IMG/VR virus record: IMGVR_UViG_3300042374_001687
Coordinates: 1-64,000 of that record
DNA: 64,000 nt
Source: a virus
Direction: 5' to 3' (one strand)
This document shows, piece by piece, positions 27,410 to 35,584 of the stretch (the first letter of the stretch is position 1; every line of letters begins with the position of its first letter). A program made the translations under genes and the position numbers. The notes beneath the pieces are model-generated. The model saw nothing but the letters and a program-made list of their open reading frames with translations. It did not search any database and had not been told where the DNA came from.

Positions 27410-28429
27410 ATGACAACAATATTCACTCTGCTTGCCTCATTCGTAGGGATGTGGGCTTTTTTTAAATATGTTCTCCTCGTGGAGATGAGGATTGATTCCA
27501 ATACGTACAAAACGGTTTATGACCTTTGTGCAAACGAAAAAAAATTCATGATCTACGAGGAGTTCGTTTCAGAAAACAGGCACCCCGTAGCATATGTTGC
27601 ATTTTGCTTCTTCAAGGGAGCCCCTTGGTTTCATATAAACCACTCTGAACGGTTGATGCAAGCCGGCTGGAACGAGAAGGATCATGTTACGGTTCTGACT
27701 TGCTTCAGATGGAAGTATAAAAAACTGAAGTCTTTTTTAAGGTCAAAGTTGAAGGAGATGCAGTTGTGTACCTTGGGGGTCCCGGTGCAGCTCATGCTTC
27801 CCTACGGAACCGACAAAATAGGCTCTTTGAAAGAAACCTTCTCAGAACCCATATTCGAAGAAGAACTGTGGAAAGATTTTGAGGTTGAGGTCGCAGAAGT
27901 CGTGGATTGCAAAAGAAAGAAAACAAGTGCCCTTCTTTATGGATTCCCAGGCAATGGCAAGAGTTTCTTTGTCAAATACCTAGCCACAAAATATAGATTG
28001 CCAGTGATGATTTTTACGCTCAATCCGGACTGGACGAATCATGAATTATTGTTGATATTTGCACAGATACCTAAAGGGTGCATTGTTTTATTTGAAGACT
28101 TTGACAATTACTTTGACAAAAGAACTTGCATAATTGGGGGTGATAACAAGTCAATAAAGTTCACCTTTGACATAATACTGAACGGATTGGACGGCGCCTA
28201 CACGACTCACGAAAATGTGGTCTTCATAATGACCGTGAACGATATAGAGAAGGTGGATGAGGCCTTAAAGAATAGGCCTTCGCGCTTCAAATATGTAAAA
28301 CATTTTGGAAACCCGAGCCTTGAGACCAGGATGAAGCTGTTGCCCAAAGAAATAGCCGTGGATTCGGAGGGATGCAGCCTAGACCAGGTTTTTAAGCTAA
28401 AGGAAAGCTGCGAAAAAGCAGGAATGTAA
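27410..28429 (+). CDS. Membrane-anchored AAA+ ATPase (BCS1-like)
   Basis: N-terminal TM; GFPGNGKS; VLFEDFD; LNGLDG; RPSRF. Confidence 0.85.
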   Translation: MTTIFTLLASFVGMWAFFKYVLLVEMRIDSNTYKTVYDLCANEKKFMIYEEFVSENRHPVAYVAFCFFKGAPWFHINHSERLMQAGWNEKDHVTVLTCFRWKYKKLKSFLRSKLKEMQLCTLGVPVQLMLPYGTDKIGSLKETFSEPIFEEELWKDFEVEVAEVVDCKRKKTSALLYGFPGNGKSFFVKYLATKYRLPVMIFTLNPDWTNHELLLIFAQIPKGCIVLFEDFDNYFDKRTCIIGGDNKSIKFTFDIILNGLDGAYTTHENVVFIMTVNDIEKVDEALKNRPSRFKYVKHFGNPSLETRMKLLPKEIAVDSEGCSLDQVFKLKESCEKAGM

Positions 28430-28490
28430 AAAGGTCAAAAAACCATAATCCCATTGTTCCCCAAAGGTATATACATGCAAAGGTATTCAC

Positions 28491-28703
28491 ATGGGGATGA
28501 ACAATATGGGAATGGCTCCTTATGTTAGAAAGGAACTTATAGAAAAGGCAGACGAGCTTGTCCGGTTTGCCAGATCCGTATTCAGCGAAAAAAGAAGCGA
28601 AACTTTGAGGAAGGCAGCCAAAATGTACAAGGAGGCGACGCTCAGCTTGATGGCGGAGATAATTGAAAAAGAAGCTGACGACTGGGACATCTGGCTTGGT
28701 TAA
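28491..28703 (+). CDS. Hypothetical protein
   Basis: ORF behind TATATA at 28468. Confidence 0.5.
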   Translation: MGMNNMGMAPYVRKELIEKADELVRFARSVFSEKRSETLRKAAKMYKEATLSLMAEIIEKEADDWDIWLG

Positions 28704-28713
28704 GCTATTATAG

Positions 28714-29262
28714 TTGATGGAAAAGCCTAAATTAAACATCTCCAGAAAAATAGAGCTGGGTTATTCTGATCTTCATGGCAGAGGAGTATTTGCCACTGCC
28801 GACATAGCCAAGGGCGAAATTGTAGAGCGAGCTCCATTTGTGGTTATGGATTTCAGAATGAAATACCATAAGGATAACAAAATATGGGAGTACATGTTTA
28901 CTCACACTTGCCCTTGCGATGAATGCAAGAAGCACGGAGGTCATTTCCTTATGGTGCTGGGCTATGCACAGCTCTACAATCATCAAGATAAAAACAGTGC
29001 CGAAATCACATTTGACTTGAAGAATCAAATTGCTGACATAATAGCCGTCAGAGACATTAAAAAGTCGGAAGAAATATTCATCAATTACGGTCCTAAGTAT
29101 TTTAAGAACAAAAAAAAGATAGATGTAGACTTTGAAGAAGAGCAATCAGAGGAAATTGAGCCACATCAAGTAGAAAAGACTAAGGTTCAAAATATTTCAC
29201 CAGCCATATTCATGGAGACGCCGGTCGTCAATAACGACAAAAAAGTCTACAGACCATTGTAG
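28714..29262 (+). CDS. SET-domain methyltransferase
   Basis: HGRGVFA..DI..GE, YNH, EEIFINYG; CPCDEC insert. Confidence 0.9.
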   Translation: MMEKPKLNISRKIELGYSDLHGRGVFATADIAKGEIVERAPFVVMDFRMKYHKDNKIWEYMFTHTCPCDECKKHGGHFLMVLGYAQLYNHQDKNSAEITFDLKNQIADIIAVRDIKKSEEIFINYGPKYFKNKKKIDVDFEEEQSEEIEPHQVEKTKVQNISPAIFMETPVVNNDKKVYRPL

Positions 29263-29291
29263 GTTCTGGCTGACATGCAAACTATATAATA

Positions 29292-29516
29292 ATGCCTAAG
29301 CATTTAAAGGAGTTTGTCATGACTAACAACAGGTTTTTGTTGATAATCGCCAGAACTATAGATCACAGAATAGGAAAAACAGATTTTGACAAACCTGACT
29401 TGCCGATACTTACAGTACAAGAGGCTTTGATTTCGTTCTTCATCAAATTTTTTATAGTTCTGGTTAATTTTGTAACTTGCGGCTTTGTAATAGCCAATGT
29501 CATTCGGCATTGGTGA
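29292..29516 (+). CDS. Small membrane protein
   Basis: C-terminal TM ending ANVIRHW; TATATA 3 nt upstream. Confidence 0.6.
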   Translation: MPKHLKEFVMTNNRFLLIIARTIDHRIGKTDFDKPDLPILTVQEALISFFIKFFIVLVNFVTCGFVIANVIRHW

Positions 29517-29700
29517 CGAGTCTTCGAAGGACACAGAGACATATCGGAGGCTGCGCGTTTTCTGAATAATTAGAACCGCTTGATGGCATCCCCGTTTCTC
29601 TTATAGGCTCCCATCCCTCTTGAAGCATTTTTTCAAGATTCTTCATAGAGGAGTTGTCCTCGTCTAGCACGCACATCATATATTTGTATTCGTATTTCAT
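29500..29700 (-). CDS. Small hypothetical protein
   Basis: YEYK...L..GWEP pattern. Confidence 0.5.
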   Translation of the reverse strand: MKYEYKYMMCVLDEDNSSMKNLEKMLQEGWEPIRETGMPSSGSNYSENAQPPICLCVLRRLVTNAE

Positions 29701-29781
29701 TGTGGTCGTGTGTTGATTTTGCTCCAACTAATATAGTATTAATTTGGCCAAGAATTTGACTATATATTGCCGAGGTTGAAC

Positions 29782-30138
29782 ATGAAATTTTCTAATTGGT
29801 TAAAGTTGAGAGAGGATGGGGCGGCGGCTGGAGGGGGTTCTGCTGCTGGAGGCTCTGCTGCTGGAGGCTCTGCTACTGGGGGCTCTGCTACTGGGGGGAA
29901 TTCAGCTGTTGGCGAAGGAGGAGGCTCGACTCCTTCTGGAGGAACATCGGATGGAGGAACATCTGCTGAGACTGGCGGCGGTTCAAGCGGATCTGATCAT
30001 CCACAAGGAACAAGTTCTGGGTCGGTGGCTGGTCGCCCCCCGGTTCTCGGCTGCGGTTACTGTTATCCGTATTGCAATTGCGGAAACTGCAATAAGAAAC
30101 GAAAAAAGAAAAAGAAGACAAGTAAGAAGAAAAAATGA
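29782..30138 (+). CDS. Gly-rich protein with CTS-like start, Cys cluster and poly-Lys tail
   Basis: MKFSNWLKLRE; GSAAG/GSATG repeats; CGYCYPYCNCGNC; KKRKKKKK. Confidence 0.7.
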   Translation: MKFSNWLKLREDGAAAGGGSAAGGSAAGGSATGGSATGGNSAVGEGGGSTPSGGTSDGGTSAETGGGSSGSDHPQGTSSGSVAGRPPVLGCGYCYPYCNCGNCNKKRKKKKKTSKKKK

Positions 30139-30959
30139 CTAAGATAGGATTTTGCTTTACAGGGGAAGGGGCACGAGGATCCATACAAGCTGGAATAGCA
30201 TTGGGTCTTCATGAACAAGGAATCAACGCAGATTTCACAATAGGGGTTTCTTCCGGATCCATATGCGCAGCATCTTACGCTTTCTTGGGAGCCCAAGGGC
30301 TTGCTAACATGTGGAGCAAAATATCCAACATCTTTGATGTATTTGGCATAAACTACGACTTTCCTTGGCGGACAGGGCTGATGAACCAGCGTCCAATGGA
30401 GAAGATTGTATACAACGCAGTAAAGAACGAGCCAATATGCGAAAGTGTTGTAGTAAGAATGAACATTGAAGACGGAAGAATGGATTATGTCTCAAACAAA
30501 TCCGTAAGCCCAATCGACTTCGCAGAGGCCGTTTTGGGAAGTGTTGCCATAACTGCGCTTGTAGAAGACAGAAATGGATGGGTGGATGCTGGCAGCAGGC
30601 AACTCGCTCCTCTTGAACAGTGCATAGAGGCAGGATGTAGCGACATATATGTTATAATGGGAAGGCGTTTTGAGATAGACGAGTGGAAAAAACCATCAGG
30701 GTTCATGAAGGCAATCAAGATGGCCTACAGGGCCCTGGATATTAGTTTGAACGAAATCATGATGAGAGACATAAACAACTGCTTAAAGAAAGAAGGAGAA
30801 TTTGGATACAAAGGCATAAACATACATCTAGTGGAGCCCAACGAGACCCTTTTTGAATCAGTAAGTTTTAACAAATGCAAAAAAGGAGTGTTGTACGGAA
30901 GGTCTTCCTATCAAATTCTTGATAGAAAAGGACTATTGGGATACATGAAAATTAACTAA
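30135..30959 (+). CDS. Patatin-like phospholipase
   Basis: GEGARG, GVSSG, DAG. Confidence 0.85.
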   Translation: MTKIGFCFTGEGARGSIQAGIALGLHEQGINADFTIGVSSGSICAASYAFLGAQGLANMWSKISNIFDVFGINYDFPWRTGLMNQRPMEKIVYNAVKNEPICESVVVRMNIEDGRMDYVSNKSVSPIDFAEAVLGSVAITALVEDRNGWVDAGSRQLAPLEQCIEAGCSDIYVIMGRRFEIDEWKKPSGFMKAIKMAYRALDISLNEIMMRDINNCLKKEGEFGYKGINIHLVEPNETLFESVSFNKCKKGVLYGRSSYQILDRKGLLGYMKIN

Positions 30960-31861
30960 CTCTTCTTGAAGAATTTCTTAATGAACGAGTTGTCCAAAGC
31001 CTCAAACTCTGGCGTCTCTTGATGGCCGGGGTGCATGTGAGCGAACGGACATTTGTTTGGCTTTGGGGCGGGGCATTTTTCAACATCACTCAAGGGCTCC
31101 ATCTCTTTGCCAAGAAGCCTGCTCTTCTCCCTGAAATATGTTGTGGAGTCCTTGGTCAAAGTCTGAGTTAGGGCTTGCTTGCCGCCGAACTCGAATTTCT
31201 GCTTGTTGTAATGCAGCCAGTAACTAAAGACCTTGTCGGCTTCGGTTGAGTCCCGATTAATCCTTTCTCTGCTGATGTCCCAATCGCCTTTAAATCCTTC
31301 CCTTCTCACGGGAACAAGTTGGGCTATGGGCGTATCCTTCCGTATTGATATGATTTTCCCGACCTCCGTCACCGACAGGTTCATCCATATGTCATACTGA
31401 AGCCAGTCGGTCTCCAGGACTGCCTCCATGACATTAAATCCATATTGGGGAAAGTTTATCGGACTGCGTATGTGCAAGCACCACCCCGGAGGGGTTTGGA
31501 ATATCAAACCAGTCCAGATTTGAACGACATTCGGTTCTACGGATCCAAATGTCACCTTTGTCCTGCCGGAGTTCGGAAATATCCACTTCTCAAAGTCCGA
31601 GTGGTCCTCCGGCCTAATCAATGAGCGCACGACACGATAATCCTCGTCGTCGTACCCTTCCATGTTTGTCACTTTAAAATTGCCGTTTTCAAAAGAAAAG
31701 TCCATGTCCACGGGAGGGTATACCCAGAACCCGTACTGGTTGGCATTTACATAGGGCCCGCACCATTGTACGGCACCCTGGTTGGCCAAGCCCTTGCACG
31801 ACTTTTCGGCCTTTTCTATCTTGCAGGATTTAGAGTGAATTTCCCAGATTTTAAGTTGCAT
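30956..31861 (-). CDS. DUF6065-like protein
   Basis: CGPY..ANQYGF, F.TPPGW, SPIN, VLETDW, PIAQL.P. Confidence 0.65.
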   Translation of the reverse strand: MQLKIWEIHSKSCKIEKAEKSCKGLANQGAVQWCGPYVNANQYGFWVYPPVDMDFSFENGNFKVTNMEGYDDEDYRVVRSLIRPEDHSDFEKWIFPNSGRTKVTFGSVEPNVVQIWTGLIFQTPPGWCLHIRSPINFPQYGFNVMEAVLETDWLQYDIWMNLSVTEVGKIISIRKDTPIAQLVPVRREGFKGDWDISRERINRDSTEADKVFSYWLHYNKQKFEFGGKQALTQTLTKDSTTYFREKSRLLGKEMEPLSDVEKCPAPKPNKCPFAHMHPGHQETPEFEALDNSFIKKFFKKS

Positions 31862-31890
31862 AGGTAATTATTTTCGTTGAAGGATGCATA

Positions 31891-31919
31891 ATCTTAATCA
31901 ATTTTAGGATTTAAGTCAA
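31891..31919 (-). promoter_or_regulatory. Sigma70-type promoter
   Basis: TTGACT-17 nt-TAAGAT upstream of the 31861 start. Confidence 0.65.
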
Positions 31920-31947
31920 TTGGTTTGGGGAGCGAATAAAAAACTAT

Positions 31948-33194
31948 GCGAGGTGCATATGTACGCATAGTATGAACTATGCCTACAAATTCAGATTGTA
32001 TCCGACGAAGGATCAAGCCCAACTGCTTGACAAGCATTTTGGATGCGTAAGGTATGTGTACAACCACTTCCTTGAAAGAAGGATCAAGTTCTACGCAGAG
32101 AACGAGGAAAAGAAAGACCACAAGAAGTCCTTGAACTACTACGACGATGCCGGCGAGTTGACCAAGGTGAAGAAGGAACTGGCTTGGTTGAGGGAAACGA
32201 ACGCTCAAGCCCTGCAATTCTCGCTCCGATGTCTGGAGATAGCCTACAACGGATTCTTCTCCAAGAAGACCAAGTTCCCGAAGTTCAAGAAGAGACACGG
32301 CAGACAGTCGTTCACTGTCCCGCAGGCAATTTCTTTGAGTAACAGCAAAATCAAAATTCCAAAGTTCAAGGAAGGAATCAAATACGATAACCACAGAGAA
32401 GTGCAAGGAAAGATTTGCCACGCAACGATAAGCAAGAACAAGGCGGGGCAATACTTCGTCTCAATCAATGTTAAAAAGGAAATCAAGCAACTTCCCAAGG
32501 TAGAAAAAATAGTCGGAGTCGATTTGGGATTGAAACACCTTGCAATTCAGAGTGACGGCAAGAAACACAAAAACATCCGTCCATACAAGAGCCTCCGCTC
32601 GCAACTCAAGAAGTTACAGCAAAGATTCAGCAGGACGGAGAAGAAAAGCAAACGGCACGAGAAATTGAGAGTCCGAATCGCCAAGCTGTACCAGCAAATG
32701 GTCAACATCAGGACAGACCATCTCCACAAGGTCTCTACAAAGATTGTTCGTGAGAACCAAGCGATAATCCTCGAAGACCTTTCGGTGAGGAACATGATGA
32801 GGAACCACAAAGTTGCAGGTGCATTCGGCGATGCGGCGGTTTCGGAGTTGACGAGGATGATTAAGTACAAGGCAGGGTGGTATGGAAGAACGGTTTGCAA
32901 GATTGACCGGTTTTTTCCTTCAAGCAAGCAGTGCTACGACTGTTTATATATCAATGACTCCTTGACTCTCAAGGATCGTGATTGGACTTGTCCAAGATGC
33001 GGGGTGAGGCATGACCGTGATTTGAATGCCGCACGAAATATTCTGCGTCAAGGACTAAATAAACTAAACCGTGGGAACCACGGGGTTGGCTCGGGGAGCG
33101 GAAAGAAGACCTTAAAGGCGGATCAAGGTCTGCCGGAGGGGCATTCTGCGTTGAAGCGAGAAACCCACCCGTCTTTGGCGGATGAGTAGTTCAT
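31948..33194 (+). mobile_element. Solo-TnpB (IS200/IS605 family, IS1341-like) element; left boundary inferred
   Basis: tnpB with no adjacent transposase; right-end hairpin followed by GTAGTTCAT. Confidence 0.65.
31972..33189 (+). CDS. tnpB: RNA-guided endonuclease TnpB
   Basis: AYKFRLYP HTH; RuvC GVDLG / LEDL / DRDLNAA all intact; CYDC...CPRC Zn finger. Confidence 0.96.
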   Translation: MNYAYKFRLYPTKDQAQLLDKHFGCVRYVYNHFLERRIKFYAENEEKKDHKKSLNYYDDAGELTKVKKELAWLRETNAQALQFSLRCLEIAYNGFFSKKTKFPKFKKRHGRQSFTVPQAISLSNSKIKIPKFKEGIKYDNHREVQGKICHATISKNKAGQYFVSINVKKEIKQLPKVEKIVGVDLGLKHLAIQSDGKKHKNIRPYKSLRSQLKKLQQRFSRTEKKSKRHEKLRVRIAKLYQQMVNIRTDHLHKVSTKIVRENQAIILEDLSVRNMMRNHKVAGAFGDAAVSELTRMIKYKAGWYGRTVCKIDRFFPSSKQCYDCLYINDSLTLKDRDWTCPRCGVRHDRDLNAARNILRQGLNKLNRGNHGVGSGSGKKTLKADQGLPEGHSALKRETHPSLADE

Positions 33195-33210
33195 ATAGGT
33201 TTTGTAGTTA
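33060..33210 (+). ncRNA. Predicted TnpB omegaRNA scaffold + guide
   Basis: CCGTGG-GAA-CCACGG hairpin and terminal hairpin overlapping the tnpB 3' end; guide predicted from the flank. Boundaries approximate. Confidence 0.6.
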
Positions 33211-33226
33211 AACCAAAGGATGAAAG

Positions 33227-34048
33227 ATGGCATTTTTCCAGAATTTGTTTGATCAAGAGTACCAAGGATTTCTTGTTCTAGCCGACAGGAAGTTGGCGCC
33301 GACATTCAAGGTTGCTCCGAACAAGAACCTGCAATCCAACCAGGTTGCTTGGAACCCGGGACCGTACGATTTCTCGTCTTCTGGGGCTTTGGAGTTCAAC
33401 TTTGCTTGGGATCCCGAGTTCAAGAACTGGGTGTCTGTGTCCATAGATGTATCCGGGGCTGATCCGGCAAATACCAGCGCCCAAGAGGTGGTGGACAATC
33501 TGAACTCTGAGTCAATCTTTTCATCCTTGTTTATAGCCAGAGTCGTAAAGGTAGATGGGTCGGATTCTGTGGGCATCATGAAGAATCCTGCCAAGAAACA
33601 AAATGTAAGAATGTACTTTGGAAACTACGGAGCCGAGACAAAGTTGGGATTCAACAAGAAGGCTGGGGTCGCTGAACTCCCAGAGTACTTCGCAAGACAC
33701 ACCATACAAAATAGATCCAAGTACGAGGACTCGGTTGGAATGCTGATCATGCTTGACGAGTCGGATCCGGCCGATCAAGCCATCATAGAGAACGCGGGTT
33801 TTGTCCCTGCAGATATGAAGGAAGATTGGGAACTACTCAAAGGAAGGGGAGCGGGACTTTTCACTTTTCAGAAGTTAACGGTAGATCCTTCTGATAGGAT
33901 CACTCAGATAATAGAATACCCGGCCGGAAGCGTTGCTGGTGATTTTGCAAGGAAGATAAGCTACACATACACTTCGGCCAATAAGAATCCAAGCTCCATT
34001 ACCGAAGTTCCCTATGTCTTGCAAGAAGGCGATCTGATTACGCCGTAG
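33227..34048 (+). CDS. Hypothetical, possibly structural protein
   Basis: Acidic beta-rich ORF with RBS. Confidence 0.55.
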   Translation: MAFFQNLFDQEYQGFLVLADRKLAPTFKVAPNKNLQSNQVAWNPGPYDFSSSGALEFNFAWDPEFKNWVSVSIDVSGADPANTSAQEVVDNLNSESIFSSLFIARVVKVDGSDSVGIMKNPAKKQNVRMYFGNYGAETKLGFNKKAGVAELPEYFARHTIQNRSKYEDSVGMLIMLDESDPADQAIIENAGFVPADMKEDWELLKGRGAGLFTFQKLTVDPSDRITQIIEYPAGSVAGDFARKISYTYTSANKNPSSITEVPYVLQEGDLITP

Positions 34049-34081
34049 ATCCAAACAAACTTAACCGCAAGGAAACTGTTG

Positions 34082-34321
34082 TTATTTCTGATCCTTCTTC
34101 CTGGACTTCTTGGGTTTGTCTGAAGAACTGGATTCCGGGGCTTCTTTTTTGACGGCCTTTGAGCCCTCAACGAGCGCCTTGAGCCTTGACCGCTCCTTGG
34201 CGGCACCGATATCCTTTCCGAAGATGGAATCTAGATGTGCAATCTGATCCTTGTGGCTTCTCTTGGCCCTGAGTTGAGCTCTTTCTTCGGCTTCTTTCTG
34301 CTTTTCCAGTTTGCTTTTCAT
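34082..34321 (-). CDS. Small basic protein
   Basis: ATG 34321 behind TATATT. Confidence 0.55.
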   Translation of the reverse strand: MKSKLEKQKEAEERAQLRAKRSHKDQIAHLDSIFGKDIGAAKERSRLKALVEGSKAVKKEAPESSSSDKPKKSRKKDQK

Positions 34322-34353
34322 GGAATAATATAGTCCCGGAAAATAAAAAAGAT

Positions 34354-34641
34354 TCAGTCTTTGGTTCGAACAGGCACTTCTGAATTGATTGGGCATATCA
34401 ACAATTGTGATCCTTTAATTTCAATGCGGTACCCGCCCGACTTCAGCGCGTCTTCGCCAAAAAGTTCCTTTTCTGCCGCAGTCCAGAACTCCTTGTCGCG
34501 TCCCCAAGGACATCCCGAATCCTCCCACTTCTTGTAGGCCAACTCTCGTATTTGTTGCCTAAGGGTCTCAAATGTTACGCCGTGGTCTTCTTTGGTCACT
34601 TTCGGCCTCTTAAATATTTTTTTAAGCACGGATGCGATCAT
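34354..34641 (-). CDS. DUF2934-domain protein
   Basis: IRELAYKKWE..G.P.GRD.E.W.AAEKEL. Confidence 0.8.
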   Translation of the reverse strand: MIASVLKKIFKRPKVTKEDHGVTFETLRQQIRELAYKKWEDSGCPWGRDKEFWTAAEKELFGEDALKSGGYRIEIKGSQLLICPINSEVPVRTKD

Positions 34642-34705
34642 CCCAACATTGTATTCCGGATCCGCAATTTTGTCAAGAAAAAAGGAAAGGTTACTATTTT
34701 ATCAC

Positions 34706-35584
34706 ATGCAATATTTCGTGAGCGCAGAAAATTCAAGTTATTTTTACTGGCAGCTGGAACTGCTTATTGAAAGTTTCTTGATGCATGGGATTGAAAACAG
34801 TTTGGTCATAGGGCTGGCCGAGAACAACGACCAAAAAGTAAAGGATTATTCCTCCAATCTGGTTCGTTACGGCAAGAAGTTCATACACTCGAACGAGGGT
34901 CGAGAATTGGACTATCTGCCTATGAACAGGGTCTCGGCGCTAAGGTACGCCTTGGCATATGATATACTTAAGCCGCCGTTTGTGCTGATCCATTCCGACA
35001 TGATACTTAGAAATCCCATAATACTGGGACAGGACGACAAGGATTATGGCATCATAGTCAACAACTACGAAGACATATCGACCGCAGAAGAGAAGATGGT
35101 GAAGGAGCAGATTGAACCCAACCTCCAGAAGTTGGCCGAGGAGCGCGAGGTTTCGGTGGATGATCTTCCCAAGTTGCCCTTCGTTTCGGCTCCGATCATA
35201 TTCAACGAGCCTTCGGAATATGTATTAAACACATTCTTTTCCAAACTACAAGTGAACCTCATGCAGATTTTGAAGTCAAGGGACAAGAACTTTCCGTGCG
35301 AGCAAGCGGCCTGGGAGCTTACACTTACCGAGTCTTTCCAGCACTGCGGTATAAAGGGCAAGTTCTTGGCAGCTTCACTCCTCCACGGGGATGACAATCT
35401 AAACTTCATACACTACAAGAACGGGATACCCCCGGTCTTCAATAAGAAGTTCTACCAATTCGAGCAAGGAACCTTCTACAGCAGCCTAGGGCCGTACGAG
35501 ACGCTGATGGAACACAACCCTACCGTGAACACGAACTATTTGCAGCAGGTTATAAGATCATACAAGAGAAGGTATAACAAGTAA
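34706..35584 (+). CDS. Protein O-glycosyltransferase-like (SGT1/HPAT-like N-terminus)
   Basis: SAENSSYFYWQ..LL.ESF, Y.PMNR, HSDM, IHY. Confidence 0.55.
   Translation: MQYFVSAENSSYFYWQLELLIESFLMHGIENSLVIGLAENNDQKVKDYSSNLVRYGKKFIHSNEGRELDYLPMNRVSALRYALAYDILKPPFVLIHSDMILRNPIILGQDDKDYGIIVNNYEDISTAEEKMVKEQIEPNLQKLAEEREVSVDDLPKLPFVSAPIIFNEPSEYVLNTFFSKLQVNLMQILKSRDKNFPCEQAAWELTLTESFQHCGIKGKFLAASLLHGDDNLNFIHYKNGIPPVFNKKFYQFEQGTFYSSLGPYETLMEHNPTVNTNYLQQVIRSYKRRYNK

Noticed and set aside
23861-30959. CBASS-like system (patatin, caspase, AAA ATPase)
   Set aside because: The genes are not adjacent, and no CD-NTase, HORMA or sensor domain is visible.
31972-33189. Nuclease-dead TnpB (TldR-like) regulator
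   Set aside because: All three RuvC acidic residues are present, and I noticed no second full guide match in the window.
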